Shown here piece by piece: positions 50,356 to 61,915 of a DNA stretch of 64,000 nucleotides. Position 1 is the stretch's first letter. Every line of letters starts with the position of its first letter. The notes beneath the pieces were generated by a model. The model was given only the letters and a program-made list of their open reading frames with translations. It did no database searches and was not told the DNA's origin. The DNA is from Azolla caroliniana (taxonomy: Eukaryota; Plantae; Polypodiophyta), in the NCBI GenBank assembly GCA_043228905.1, contig JBHGNT010000014.1:8308001-8372000 (forward strand). The letters are read 5' to 3'. A program made the position numbers and the translations under genes.

Positions 50356-51047
50356 CTTTTTCTTTTCTTTCGTTTTTCTCCTTCTTCTTCTTCTTCTTCT
50401 TTTTTCTCCTTCTTCTTTGCTCTACCTCCCCTCCCTCCTTTTTTTCACCCTCCTCTTTCTGCTTGTCCCCTCCCTTCTCACTCCACGCTTCCACGCTCTG
50501 CAGTAGTCTTCCTCCCCTCCCCGCTCACACTATTCCTCCCCTTGCCCCCCCCAATCTCTGTTGTGGCTTTCTCCCACCCTTAGCAGCCCCGCCCCTCCTC
50601 CACCGGTTGCCTGCGCCGGTCGCCGCCTCGCCTCCCCCACACCTTGCTTTCCCACGCCTTGGGTAGGCCCTCCCTTCCCCCCCCTCTCTCTCGTTTTGAC
50701 ACACCACACTGCACTCCCCTCGTACCTGCCCTTCGTTCCTCTGCTGGGGCCATGGCCGCCGCCATGACGCTGTCCTCCTCCTCTTATCACCGGCACACTA
50801 CGGGCCTCCCAGCCGTGGCGGCCATCGCCGGCACACTACGTCTACTCTACTCCCGTGGCGGCCATCGTCGTTGCCATGTCGCCGCCACCCCTCCTCGTGG
50901 CGGTGCCCGTCCACGCTGCCCCACCGTCCCGACGTTTTTTCTCTCTTTCCCTTCTTTCTTTTGTTCCCCCCGAGGTGGTTGCGACAGCTGCCTCGTCGTT
51001 TCACCCTCCCCACGTCATTGGCCGTTTCCAGCCCACTCCACCGCGTG

Positions 51048-51605
51048 GTTCGAGGGACCCAACCCCTCGAACCACCCGTTGTTCGAGGGGCCAAACCCCT
51101 TGAACTCCCCGTTGTTCGAGGGGCCCAACCTCTCGAACTACACAACGTTCGCGGGGCCCAACCCCTCGAACTCCCCATTGCCCGAGGGGTCCAACCCCTC
51201 GAACTACACAGCGTTCGAGGGGCCCAACCCCTCGAACTCCCCGTTGTTCGAGGGGCCCAACCTCTCGAACTACACAGCGTTCGAGGAATCCAACCCCTCG
51301 AACTACACAGTGTTCGAGGGGCCCAACTCCTCGAACCACACCCGGCCCAACCCCTCGAACTACACAGTGTTAGAGGGGCCCAACCTCTCGAACTACGCAG
51401 CGTTCGAGGAATCCAACCCCTCGAACTACACAGTGTTTGAGGGGCCCAACTCCTCGAACCACACTCGGCCCAACCCCTCGAACTACATAGTGTTCGAGGG
51501 GCCCAACTCCTCAAACTACACCCGGCCCAACCCCTCGAACTACACAGTGTTCGAGGGGCCCAACTCCTCGAACCACACGTTGTTCGAGGAGTACAACTCC
51601 TAGAC
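51048..51605. repeat. 33-bp tandem array of palindromic units (~18 copies)
   Basis: GTTCGAGGGG-CCCAA-CCCCTCGAAC plus 8-nt linker. Confidence 0.92.
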
Positions 51606-51875
51606 CACGTAACCCTTCGTTGTAACGTTATTGCGAAGTTAGGACCAAAAATAATAAATAAATAAATAACACAGGTGGGGGGGAATTTATGGCAACTACT
51701 CGAACTCGCTGCTTCGTCACCACATTTACCCGAGTTACTCCGTAGTTAGGACTCCACGTCCCACTCCCAAAAAAAAAAAAAAAACCCAGCCGGGGAATCT
51801 ATTGAAACTACCCATACTTGCTGATTCATCACCACAGTTACCTATACTAATATTTTTCCTCGCAGGTTCCCAACG

Positions 51876-54800
51876 ATGACGCCTCCCCAATTTATCAAAC
51901 TCCTCCACCCATACTACCCCGACGCAGGGTGCGGTTCCTTAGTCATTCCAGCGGTGTTCAACAATACCCGATGTACTTACCGGGTTCCCACGGCCGCCAC
52001 GCAACTCAAGTACCTCGAACCCGACGTGTTTGCCACGCTCTCACGACTTGGCCTCAAGTTCTTCCTTGGGATCCGGCCGTGGGGCGTCCTACCCGAACTG
52101 GTCAACCGTTTGCTCAACGGGTAGGACGCCCCACGTCGCATTCCAGTTCACCACGGCCGACGTTTGTGCTACGCTGCATTTACCCCTCGAGGGCGCCCCC
52201 TTCCGCACCACAAGGACCCCGGGGGTTGTCCCCGGCATCATTCCTGTCGCCTACGCCGAATATTCTGGACGTGAAGGGTGGCGTTACACCGAAATCCCTC
52301 TCCATCTCTATGACCGTTGTAGCGCCATAGCCCAAATCGGCGACACCGCATCTACCGACGCCACCGCTCGCATCACCGGTGAGTACCTCAAGTGGGCACA
52401 TGATCCACAACCAGTCCAGTGGGCTCACGAGCTTGTCTGCGAGAATGGCACACACGGCCCAAATCGACTGTCAAATTCGCGTGGTTCCTCACCCGCTACT
52501 TGTGCGCCAAGTTCAGCATTGGACCCCCCGTCCCTCCCTTCGTACGCTGCCAAGAACGCTTCCGCAAGATCACTGTCCCAAGTCAACTCGAACGCCTTCA
52601 TCTACCTGAACGTGACTTTTTACGACAAGTGCACCAAGGCGAACAGGCACGGCCACCAGCACACAAACAACCCCCGATGACCCGCGTGTCAGCCGAAGCT
52701 AACCTCAACACCCCTGAGGATATCACGAATCGTGTCAAGGAATTCCAGACACACGAGTTCACCCCCACCGAAATCCAAGCCTTGTCCACCACTTTCCACT
52801 ATGTGTCACATCAGACCACAACCACGACTCCGCGTTCCCGCAGCTGCACCACTGAGTCAATCTTACGCGACCAACGGAACCCGCCAACCCCGCCTCCACC
52901 CACCTCACCAACCCCTCCACCCCACGAATCCTCTCCCCCCGCTCCGGCCACAACTACCCCACCTTTCTCGTCCACCACCACCGACGACACCCCGCAACCC
53001 CGACCCCATAAACTCGCCCGCCACACCGCTCCCAACACCGAAACCCCCGACCGACCCCCGACCGCAACCTCGGTAGTTCCTCTCCAACCCACCCTCGCCC
53101 CCGCCCAAATGACAACCCTGCTTCCACCACCCCCCCTCCCGACCTCCGTGCCCCACCCGACCTCCCTCACTGCAGCTACTACCCACCCTACCTCCTCCCC
53201 CGCCGTCCCCCCCAAACCCTTAACCGACATGGTGGCCGACCTCCTAAAGATGACTGTCGTCGTGAACCGCCGCCTACTTCAAGTTCAGGCACAGGCCCAA
53301 CAGACCGCCACCAACCAACACGAGACGTCTACACGGAACGAGATCTTGGTCGCTGAGGTACGGAGCGCCCTCCATACCAACACATGCCAAGCGGCTGCCC
53401 ACGACCTCCTCAAGCAAGAACTCTTGACAACGCAAACCCGACACCAACAACTCGCTGACGAATTCCAACAAGCTCGGACAACTTGGCACCACGACTAGGA
53501 ACGCGCTGCGCAAACACATGCCGAACTTTCGGCCGAGTACATCCGCCTCACCACCCAACACCAACTGACCGAGGCCCGCCTCGCAGCCGTGACGGCTGAT
53601 CTCTCTGAACGGTCCGAGGCCCTTGTCGCCGCCATGGCCACCACTCACCAACTCACGAGCGAGATCACCACCCTCAAGGTTGAACGAGATGCCATGATCC
53701 ACCAAGTCGAAGTCGCCAATGAACGCAATCGATGTCTCCTCACCAAACACCGTCGCCAATGCGCCGACCTCGAAAAGGACATCCTTCAACTACGCACGTC
53801 CAAAGCCGCCCTTGAACATGCCCTCACCCCCGGTGCGATGGACCCCTCCACCGGTCAGACCCCTCTCCTTACCCCAGCTGGCTCTCCGAATATGATCCAG
53901 GAGGCACTCTCGGTGTACGTGACCTCGACCTTCCTACTCTCCGAACTTTTCACTGCACCACGCACACCACGCACCCTCCTCATCCAAGCAACATGCGTCC
54001 TTCGGTCGTTAGCCGCCACGCGTCGCGTATTCTTTGACGAAACCACACCCCCAGACCGGCAGACCTTCATCCGAGTACTCCCCGAAGACAACCACGCCCT
54101 CGCCCTCTTCATGTTATACCAGGAAGCCACCGAAGAACCCGCTCCCCTAGCCGGCGACCTCTTCCCCCAACACCTCCCCATTTTGTTCCTCGAAGGTATG
54201 GCCTACCTTCACACCGCCCTCACCCCCGACTTGGACATCGCCGACCTGATCTATTTCACCTACCCTTCTGATGTCACGATGCAAGTCACTGAAGACCAGT
54301 TGGCCTACCTCTTCACAACACTGGTGCGCTTACACCACATCGCCGACACCCTCACCCGCTCCCTGTTGGAAAACACAACGACCTCCGTACCCCCTTTCGG
54401 TTTCCTCTGGCTAGTATGCGCTTGGCAAACCGCCTGGGATGTCGGGGTTCGTACTCACATATTCAGCATCGAATATGCCACATTCAACTGGCCCACCGAC
54501 CTCGAGGCTGATGACATACCGGAATTAGCCCTATACCTCGACGTTTCCCACGAGTATCAACTCATGAAGTTCGATGAGGCTCGTGCTCGTGCCCTCCTAC
54601 CCCCGCACCCCGCTTCTCCCCCCCAAGAGATCGACCTGAAGGGGGACCACGACTCACCTGATGAACCCGACACCCAGCCACCTCCTCGCCCTCGCCCTCC
54701 CTTCTCCTCGCTGCCGCACACCCCACCCCCACTCGCAGGTGGCACCACCCCGTCGCTGACCCCCTCCTCGAACCTCCCGGCACCCAACCCCCATGGCGTC

Positions 54801-55545
54801 TCCCTTGGTTCGCACACACATCCTTCCGCGAATGGCTTGCCCGCCACCCCCCCGAGTTACGCACCAACCTCACCTTTTTTCCCCTTCCTCGTCGTTGGCC
54901 ATGGCCCGATTTTCGCGCTGCCCAGGCACGCCTACCCACCCTTCAATTCAACTGGCCGTTGTTCCCCCGACCCCCGTGCACATCCCCGATCGAACCCGAC
55001 ATGATCCAGGTCATGCGACGATTCCTACGTACATACCTCGACGTCCCGGACCCCGACATTCAAGCCAGCCTTCGTTTTCTACAACTTCTACTCATTCTCC
55101 TTGACTCTGGCCCGTACGAAACCCCCCCTTCCAACGGCACAACCACCCAACGTGGGGCCTCGCCTTCAATTTGAACAAAGGTCCAACTCGCCGCCAACTA
55201 GTCGGCCTCTGGACCCGCGTCAACATCCTCCCCGCAAGCTACAAACGGGATTTTGAAACCATGATCGACACACATTTTTTCCCCGCTTACATAAGCTTTA
55301 GTCGAAACCCCCCTTCTCCCTTCGCCGGCCACAACACCTGCATCTGGCTCACCGGCCCCAAGAAAGATTTCTTCACAACAACCGACCAACTGCAGGAAAT
55401 TCGGCTACCACCACTGAACATCCATCGTCTTCGCCATGATCTCCGCCGCCACCCACCCCCCGACGAACCCCCCTACTCAATTCTACTCGCCCCCGACACC
55501 CGAAGCTCCCCTCCCACAGTGCACTCGGGAGTCTACACTCATTAG
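51876..55545 (+). pseudogene. Extra 3' ORF (env-position), decayed, ~1200 codons
   Basis: ORFs at 51876, 52419 and 53589 share a frame; Pro/Thr-rich linker and coiled-coil-like segment; preceded by TACTAAT-pyrimidine-CAG acceptor (51865); ends at the PPT. Confidence 0.65.
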
Positions 55546-57095
55546 GTTGGGGGAGATGTTAAGCGTTGGGATAACAACACAACCAGTCACGAATAAGAAC
55601 GCATCAACAAGGACGTAGTACGAAGAGGAAACGGCAAGAGGAAAGGAAAGCAAAGAGACGGCCAAATGTGAAAGGCCCATACCCTAAACGTGAAAGCTAT
55701 ATAAACCACATAGTAGTGGCTTTGTGGGGGTTCTCCCATTTGTAAAGATCTCTGATTGATTAGAGCTAGAGCTTCCTCTCCTCTTTCTTGTAAACCTTTG
55801 AGCTTAAGAGAGATTGGTGAAGTGTTGAGTTAGAGAACACTAATCTCTCCCCTTGTTGGTGCTAGACCTCTTAGCAAAGAGGGTTAATAATAGACATACT
55901 CTTGCTTCTTATTGTCTATACTATTGATCTATTGTTTATGAGAGAGAGAGCTTGAGAGAGTGAGAGAGATATCGTGCTTAATCATTTACTAATCGTTGAG
56001 TGAGTGTGAGGCTCGGAGGTATCCGACCACCATCTCCGCCCGATTCGCCATCAAGAGGGTATACGCCGGTCCGAATCCCGCACGACATCGAGGAGCTTAC
56101 TCCATCGATACATAGATCCTTAACACTTGGGGACCGATCTACAACTTGTCACCAATCAAGCTAGAAGTCCTTCGAGCCTACATAGAGGAGAATTTGGTGA
56201 ACGGGTTCATTCGACAATCGAAATCTCCAACTGGCGCACGCATTTTCTTTGTCAAGAAAAATGATGGATCACTTCATCTCGTTGTAGATTACCGTGGCTT
56301 GAATAAGGTCACCATCAGGAATAGGTATGCACTTCCCCTTATCTCAAGTCTTTTAGAACAGATTAATGGTGCAAAGTTCTTCACAAAAATCAACTTACGA
56401 GGCGCATATAACCTCGTACGGATCCAGCCAGCAGATGAATGCAATACCGCTTTTTGCACCCAATACGGGCACTTCGAGTATATAGTTATGCCATTTGGTC
56501 TCACCGATGTGCCAACACTCTTCCAACACATGGAAAATGATATATTCTGAGATCTCTTGGATATCTGTTTGATCATCTATTTGGATGATCTAATACTTTA
56601 TTTGAAGACTCAAGAAGAGCATGATTCTCATGTACTATTAGTACTAAAACGACTTCGATAACATGGTCTTTATGCAAAACTGGAAAAATGTAGTTTTGAC
56701 TGCAATCATGTGGAATTTCTTGGCCATGTCATCTCCTCGGAAGGCATCTCTATGGATCCAACTAAGGTCAAAACTGTGGTAGAGTGCCAGACTCCTCGTT
56801 CATTGCGAGATGTGAAATGTTTTTTAGGCTTCGCAAATTTCTACTGCAAGTTTATACAGGACTACTCAAACCTTATTTTGCCTCTCACACAACTTACCAA
56901 GAAGGGGCTTTCGTTTGTTTGGTCTAAGGAAGCAGACACGGCTTTCGTTTACATCAGCTCCTATTCTAGCTCATGTTGATCTAAAAAAACCGTTCATCAT
57001 GGAGGCAGACGCTCGGTCACAACAAGGTGATGATGAAAAACTACATCCAGTGGCTTTACACTTATGCAAGTTTGACGCCGCCAAAATCACGTACG

Positions 57096-58015
57096 TGTTA
57101 CCCCGTACGAGATGTATGGAAAGTCAAGTGTGATGAGCGAGGGTCAAATGTTATCATGATGTTGTTGTGTATGTGTAGGGGGCATAAATGTAATTGTGAG
57201 TCTATACGTATGTGAACACATGCACACGTGTGTGCATGTGGATGGATACGAGGAGGTGTAAGTGAGTGTCTAGTATGAATGCTCGAGGGGGCTTACACCC
57301 CTATGTATCTACCCCCTCTTGTACTATTTAACCCCTTATGGGGAATGAATGAAACATGAATAACCATTTCTCTTTCTCTCAATCTCTCTCTTGTCATCTC
57401 TCTCTTCTATCTCCCCTTCCATTGAACCCCCTTGGGAGGGGGGTGGAGCCATTCTAGGCACCACCCCCCACCCTGCAATGCTTCTCAATGCACATGATCT
57501 CTCTCGCCATCAACCCAGACTCTCCATCATCATCATAACCACCATGTCTATCTTTATCATGATTATCATCGTCCTGAACCCTAACCCTAAAACCTACAAC
57601 ACTTTTTGGCGACCACTAAGGTGACCCCCCTTTGGATACGAAGTCAAAGACTAATACGTGGCAGAGACAGCAACAACGAAATGTGCGATAATGGTAATGA
57701 TGATGTGTGACAAATCGAATTTATGATGAGTAGCAAATCAAATCGGTAATGTGCAAGAAATGGTGACCACAATGTGGTGGAAATGGCCATGATAACAAAA
57801 AAAAAAAAACAATCATAGCGACAACCGGAATGACGGAGAGATCGACAACAACGATGGCCTGACCGAAGACAAGTGGGACGACAACTAGATAGCTGAAAAG
57901 ATATGGTCGTTCATGCCGAACAACAACGGAGATGACCGAGGACGACAGCCGGGATGAACGAAGACAGTCGGACAAGGTCGACAACGACAGATATGCGAAG
58001 AGACAAAGACCGTTG
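57096..58015 (+). mobile_element. Truncated TGTTACC-family element (5' LTR 57096-57601, PBS-like 57607-57625)
   Basis: TGTTACCCCGTA start, CCCCTTGGGAGGGGG block, ...ACAACA-CTTTT-TGGCGACCAC; interrupts host RNase H; right boundary approximate. Confidence 0.7.
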
Positions 58016-58953
58016 AAGAATGACGAGTTATTAGCAATAGTGGATTCTTTTGCACAATGGAGGTATTTTTTAAAGGGGTCTTCTTATCAAGTCACCGTGT
58101 TCAATGATTACAAAAATCTTGCCTATTTCCAGAATGCTCGTGTATTAAATCAACGACAAGCTCGATGGGCCTAATTCCTCACTCGTTTCGACTTCAAAAT
58201 TACATGTCATCCGGGGAAGCAGCAAGGGAAGGTAGATGCATTATCGCGGCGCTCGTATCTAGCACCTCATCCTGGTGATCCAACATTCGATAATCAAAAG
58301 CTAGTCGTCTTGGGACCAGCACGACTACAAGCAACGTAGGTTTTTGACACTCCATTGGATTCCCGCATTATCGAGACCATACTTGAAGACTTGTAGATAG
58401 ACGCTTTCGTTCAAGCCATTCTAACGCAAATTGATGTTATTCTCTGACCGGACAAGGCCTAACACAAGGTGTCACGGAGACACTTCACCAAAGGGTGATT
58501 ACGGCATAGGAATAGTATTCAACGATTACACCGACTTACGTAGGTTACACGATTAGAATGCTTTGGTTAATTACACGCGTAAGATATAACAGTAATTACA
58601 GAACGGAAATCAAGACAGAAGTATAAACATCATAAGCTCTATTAATTATCCGCTGCGATTACAATGGGGTCCGGGCCTTTAAATAGGTTTCCGGCCCGTA
58701 GTACAAAACGGTGCCTATCGCACCTATTCGGGATCCGTCCGGATCTGGAACGGCATACCATTTCCAGTCCGTCCGTCCACACTATGCTTATTTACAACCA
58801 TACTTAATTAACTCCTTCACTCCGTATTTTGGACTCCATGCCGGCCGGTAACACATGGCACGCCCGTGGGACAGTACCTTGTACGTCGAACCCTTCTCGG
58901 CCCCTTCATTGTTCACCCAAATTGTCCAAAATATCTTGTTCCAGAGTTTCCAA

Positions 58954-61846
58954 TTATTCTTCCGGTTGTGGTTGTTGCGGCTGTGCTTGCTGCTGCTGCT
59001 GCTGTGGTTGCGGTTGGGACTGAGGCTGCTCCGGCTGCTCTGCTTGCTGCTGCTGCTCCGTTTGTTTCGTTGACTCCGGCTGCTCCGTTTGTCTCTCTGA
59101 CTCCGGCATCTCCGTTTGACTGCTTCCGGTCCGGTCTCCTTCCAGTAACGGTTCCTCATCACTGAGGTTGACCGTAACCGGTTCTCGTTCTTTCTCTCCC
59201 CGGATCCGGGACCTCTCGTAGCTTTCAAACTGGATCTGCGCCTCCAGCCTGTCGTCGTCCAGCTGAGCTACAAGTTGTCGGACCTGCCCTAGTTGGTCAT
59301 CTGCCAAGGCTTGAAAGTCTTCGGAGCTCATCTCTTATGCCGGTGAAGTCTTCGGAAGTCAGCATATAGCAATCATCTCCCTCCTTCCGCCGGTTCTCTA
59401 CGTCGGCCCGGAGCAATTGGAGTTCCGCCGCGTTCGTGGCCCACTTGGTCCACCATTTGACGAAACCGTTGTCAATCAAGCTCTTGGTCTGGTTCAACCA
59501 GGCCCGCATGATATCCTGGATGCGACTTGCTCCCATTTGCGCTCTGCTTTCCACCACTTGTCGCTCCTCCTTCAACTGCTTGATGAGATTCGCCGTATCC
59601 TCCGCCTGCTCTCTGTAGCGCGTCAGCTGCCCTTGATATGTCGTTTGCAGGCTCTGCAGTACCTCCGCCGCTCTTTCTTTTTCCGCCTGTTGTTGCCTGA
59701 GGAGCTCTGTCCGAACCTTCTCCGCCTCTTCCAACCGTCTTCTGGTTTCCGCTTGTTCCTTGGCGAATGCGGTTGCGGTCCGATCAACTGCTTGCCGGAG
59801 CTCATCCGTCTGTTCCTTGTGCTCCGTTTGCAACCGTTTATACTCCCGGTGCAAGTTCTCAAATTCCTCTGTTTTTTGTTTGAGCTTGCCGTTGATCTGG
59901 CGATGGTTCCGGTCCTCCCGGTCCTTTACCTACCGGAGTTCCTCTTTCAGGCGCTCTACTTCTGTTTCGGCGTTTCTCCGGAGCCTCTCCTTCTCTTGCA
60001 GCATTTTCTCCTTCTCCTCCTTGAGCCGGTCGTACGCTTGGTGGCCTTTCCGTAAGCTCTCCTCGGCCCGGCGTAGATTCTCAGCAGTCTTTTTGAGTTC
60101 TGCCTCCGCTGCCGTCTTCAATTCTCTTTCGCGGCTCCTCAGCGCTTCTTGGGCAGCTAGCTCATCCTTTAAATCCGCAAGCTCTTGGGCTTGTGCCGCA
60201 TTTCTCTCCGGAACGGTTTCCGTTGCCGGGGTCTGATTGCTATGTACAGGTTGATCTGCCGCTTTATTCGGTACATTGCCCGGAGTCACCGGTGCTTGGA
60301 CTTGTGTTGTCAAAGCTAATTGAGCCATTTCCCTTGTGACCCTGTCCAAGTCTTGTTCAAGGCTCCGGATTCTGGACCGGGCCGTCTCTAGATCTACGGT
60401 TGTGACGAGCAACCGTTCGTTGTGCGCTCTCTCCTCCGCCTCTATGTACTCGACCGCTCCGGCGATCTGCTCACCTACCCACCGTAGCCACATGCTACTG
60501 GTGCCTTGCTGCTGTACTGGTCCTACTCCTTGGCTGCCGTGTGTGCTGGCTGGGCTCGCCGGCTGTTGAGTTCCGGTTCTCGCCGTCTCCGGAGCCGTTG
60601 GAATAACTTCTTCTATAGAAGTCGCCAATGCTGGTTCCATACGCACCGGTTCCGGTTCCTCCCTTGTGGTTTGCTCAGGTTGAGTTGGGGGCGTTTCTTC
60701 CTCTTGCGGGTACGAACGCTCCCCCGCTGTCCCGGCGGTCCTACTTCTTGACCGTCGTTGGAGGTGCTCTTCTGGCTCCTCCGTTTCCTCTTCCTGGGTA
60801 ACGGCCTGTTTCTGTGCCGTCAAGGGTTCCGGTTCCTTCTGTCCCGGTCGCCATATGGTTATCTTAACGGGTCGGACCGGTGACACCTCCTCCGGTTCTG
60901 TGACCCGTTTCTTCCCTTTCGTCGCCTTCGACGCCAGCAGCTGCTGTCGTTTGGACGCCGGCTTCGAGGTGCTTCCTTCCGATACTCTTGGCCGCTTCTT
61001 TGGCTGAACGGTCTCGACCGGCGGCACGAGCAATGTTATCCACTGAGCTACGGCATGCCACAGCTTCTGGCCCTCCTTGCCGTCCTTTCCTCGTACCATG
61101 TCGATTGCCACGCACAAACCGTCTGCAATCAACACCGGCCAATCCACCTTGGTCCCTTCATAGGTGGCTATGATCATCCCTGCCCGATTTTTTGGCATGA
61201 CAGGGGGTCGGGGGTACACGTGGCCGTACTCATGGAGCACTCGAGCTATCTCCCTGAATAGCGGATCTTCGCCGCCCTGCGTTCGATAGCCTTTGTCGGC
61301 AACAGAGTACTCACCGAAATATCGGATGAGTTGCTCCGGGGTTGGGTTATCGATCTGAAAGATACCTCCCTCCGGAAGGCCTGTTAGCGCACGGATCGCT
61401 TCCTCGGTGATGACTTCTATGTCGAGCTCCTTGATGACCCGGTCGGCTTCTTTGTGCGGTGGTGCCTCCATGATGGCCAAGAACCCCTCCAGTCCGTGTT
61501 GTCTGAACCATTTCTTGGCCGCTTCCGACAGCGTTTGTGGTTCCATGTCTGCTTCGAGGTCGAGGGAAGATGGCGAGGTAGAGTGGTGCTGAGAGTGAGA
61601 GCGAGAGAGAGAGCGTTCCGAACGTGGGGGTTCTCTGCGTGCAGGTTCGCGTTTGCTCAGCTTCCACTGCCTTGGTGTTTCTGTGCTTCTTGGCTCGCGA
61701 AATGAAAAGGTCTCCATGCGTTCTGCTTCTTCTTTGTGCGTTTTGGCGCCTTTTTCGAGCATGCACCCGTCGTGTACCAATTTAGTATTAAGTAGCGTGG
61801 CGGCTCTTAAATGCCCACTTCGTACCTTTTCACTCCTTGCTTTCAC
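58954..61846 (-). pseudogene. Extra ORF downstream of pol (globular N-terminus, acidic linker, long coiled coil, Q-rich tail), frameshifted
   Basis: ORFs 59930..61846, 59297..59854 and 58954..59331; homologous remnant at ~8978-9379. Confidence 0.75.
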
Positions 61847-61915
61847 GTCCGTTCATACCTCGATTTTTAATGATTTCTTTTTTTTTTTTCTTTTTTTTTT
61901 TGACGGTATGTGATC

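Larger units (their letters stand above)
37176..56125 (+). mobile_element. Large non-chromoviral Ty3/Gypsy element (~15.6 kb net) with Asp-like PBS, extra protease and 3' extra ORF
   Basis: 569-bp LTRs 37176-37744 and 55557-56125 (about 5 mismatches by eye); TSD CTTGG; PBS TGGCGCCGCTGCCCGGGAT 37751-37769 (resembles Athila-type tRNA-Asp PBS); G-rich PPT 55544-55556. Confidence 0.96.
31792..58434 (+). mobile_element. Old Tcn1-like chromovirus fragmented by five insertions (5' LTR 31792-32163 + 34731-34748 + 35496-35501; gag-pro-RT 35520-37175; RT-RH 56131-57095 and ~58015-58434)
   Basis: Gag similar to the 24181 element (AWFAPLLE, QYGLRNDVK, PMEID); RT LVVDYRGLNKVT, KINLRGAYNL; RNase H ELLAIVDSF; EPPW|GPIY restored across the CTTGG TSD. 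Confidence 0.8.

Noticed and set aside
50644-51603. 319-aa FEGPNPSN repeat protein
   Set aside because: Several frames on both strands are open because of the 33-bp unit; non-ATG start; no independent coding evidence.
51048-51605. CRISPR-like palindromic repeat array
   Set aside because: Linkers are only 8 nt and recur, there are no cas genes, and the context is a eukaryotic retrotransposon.
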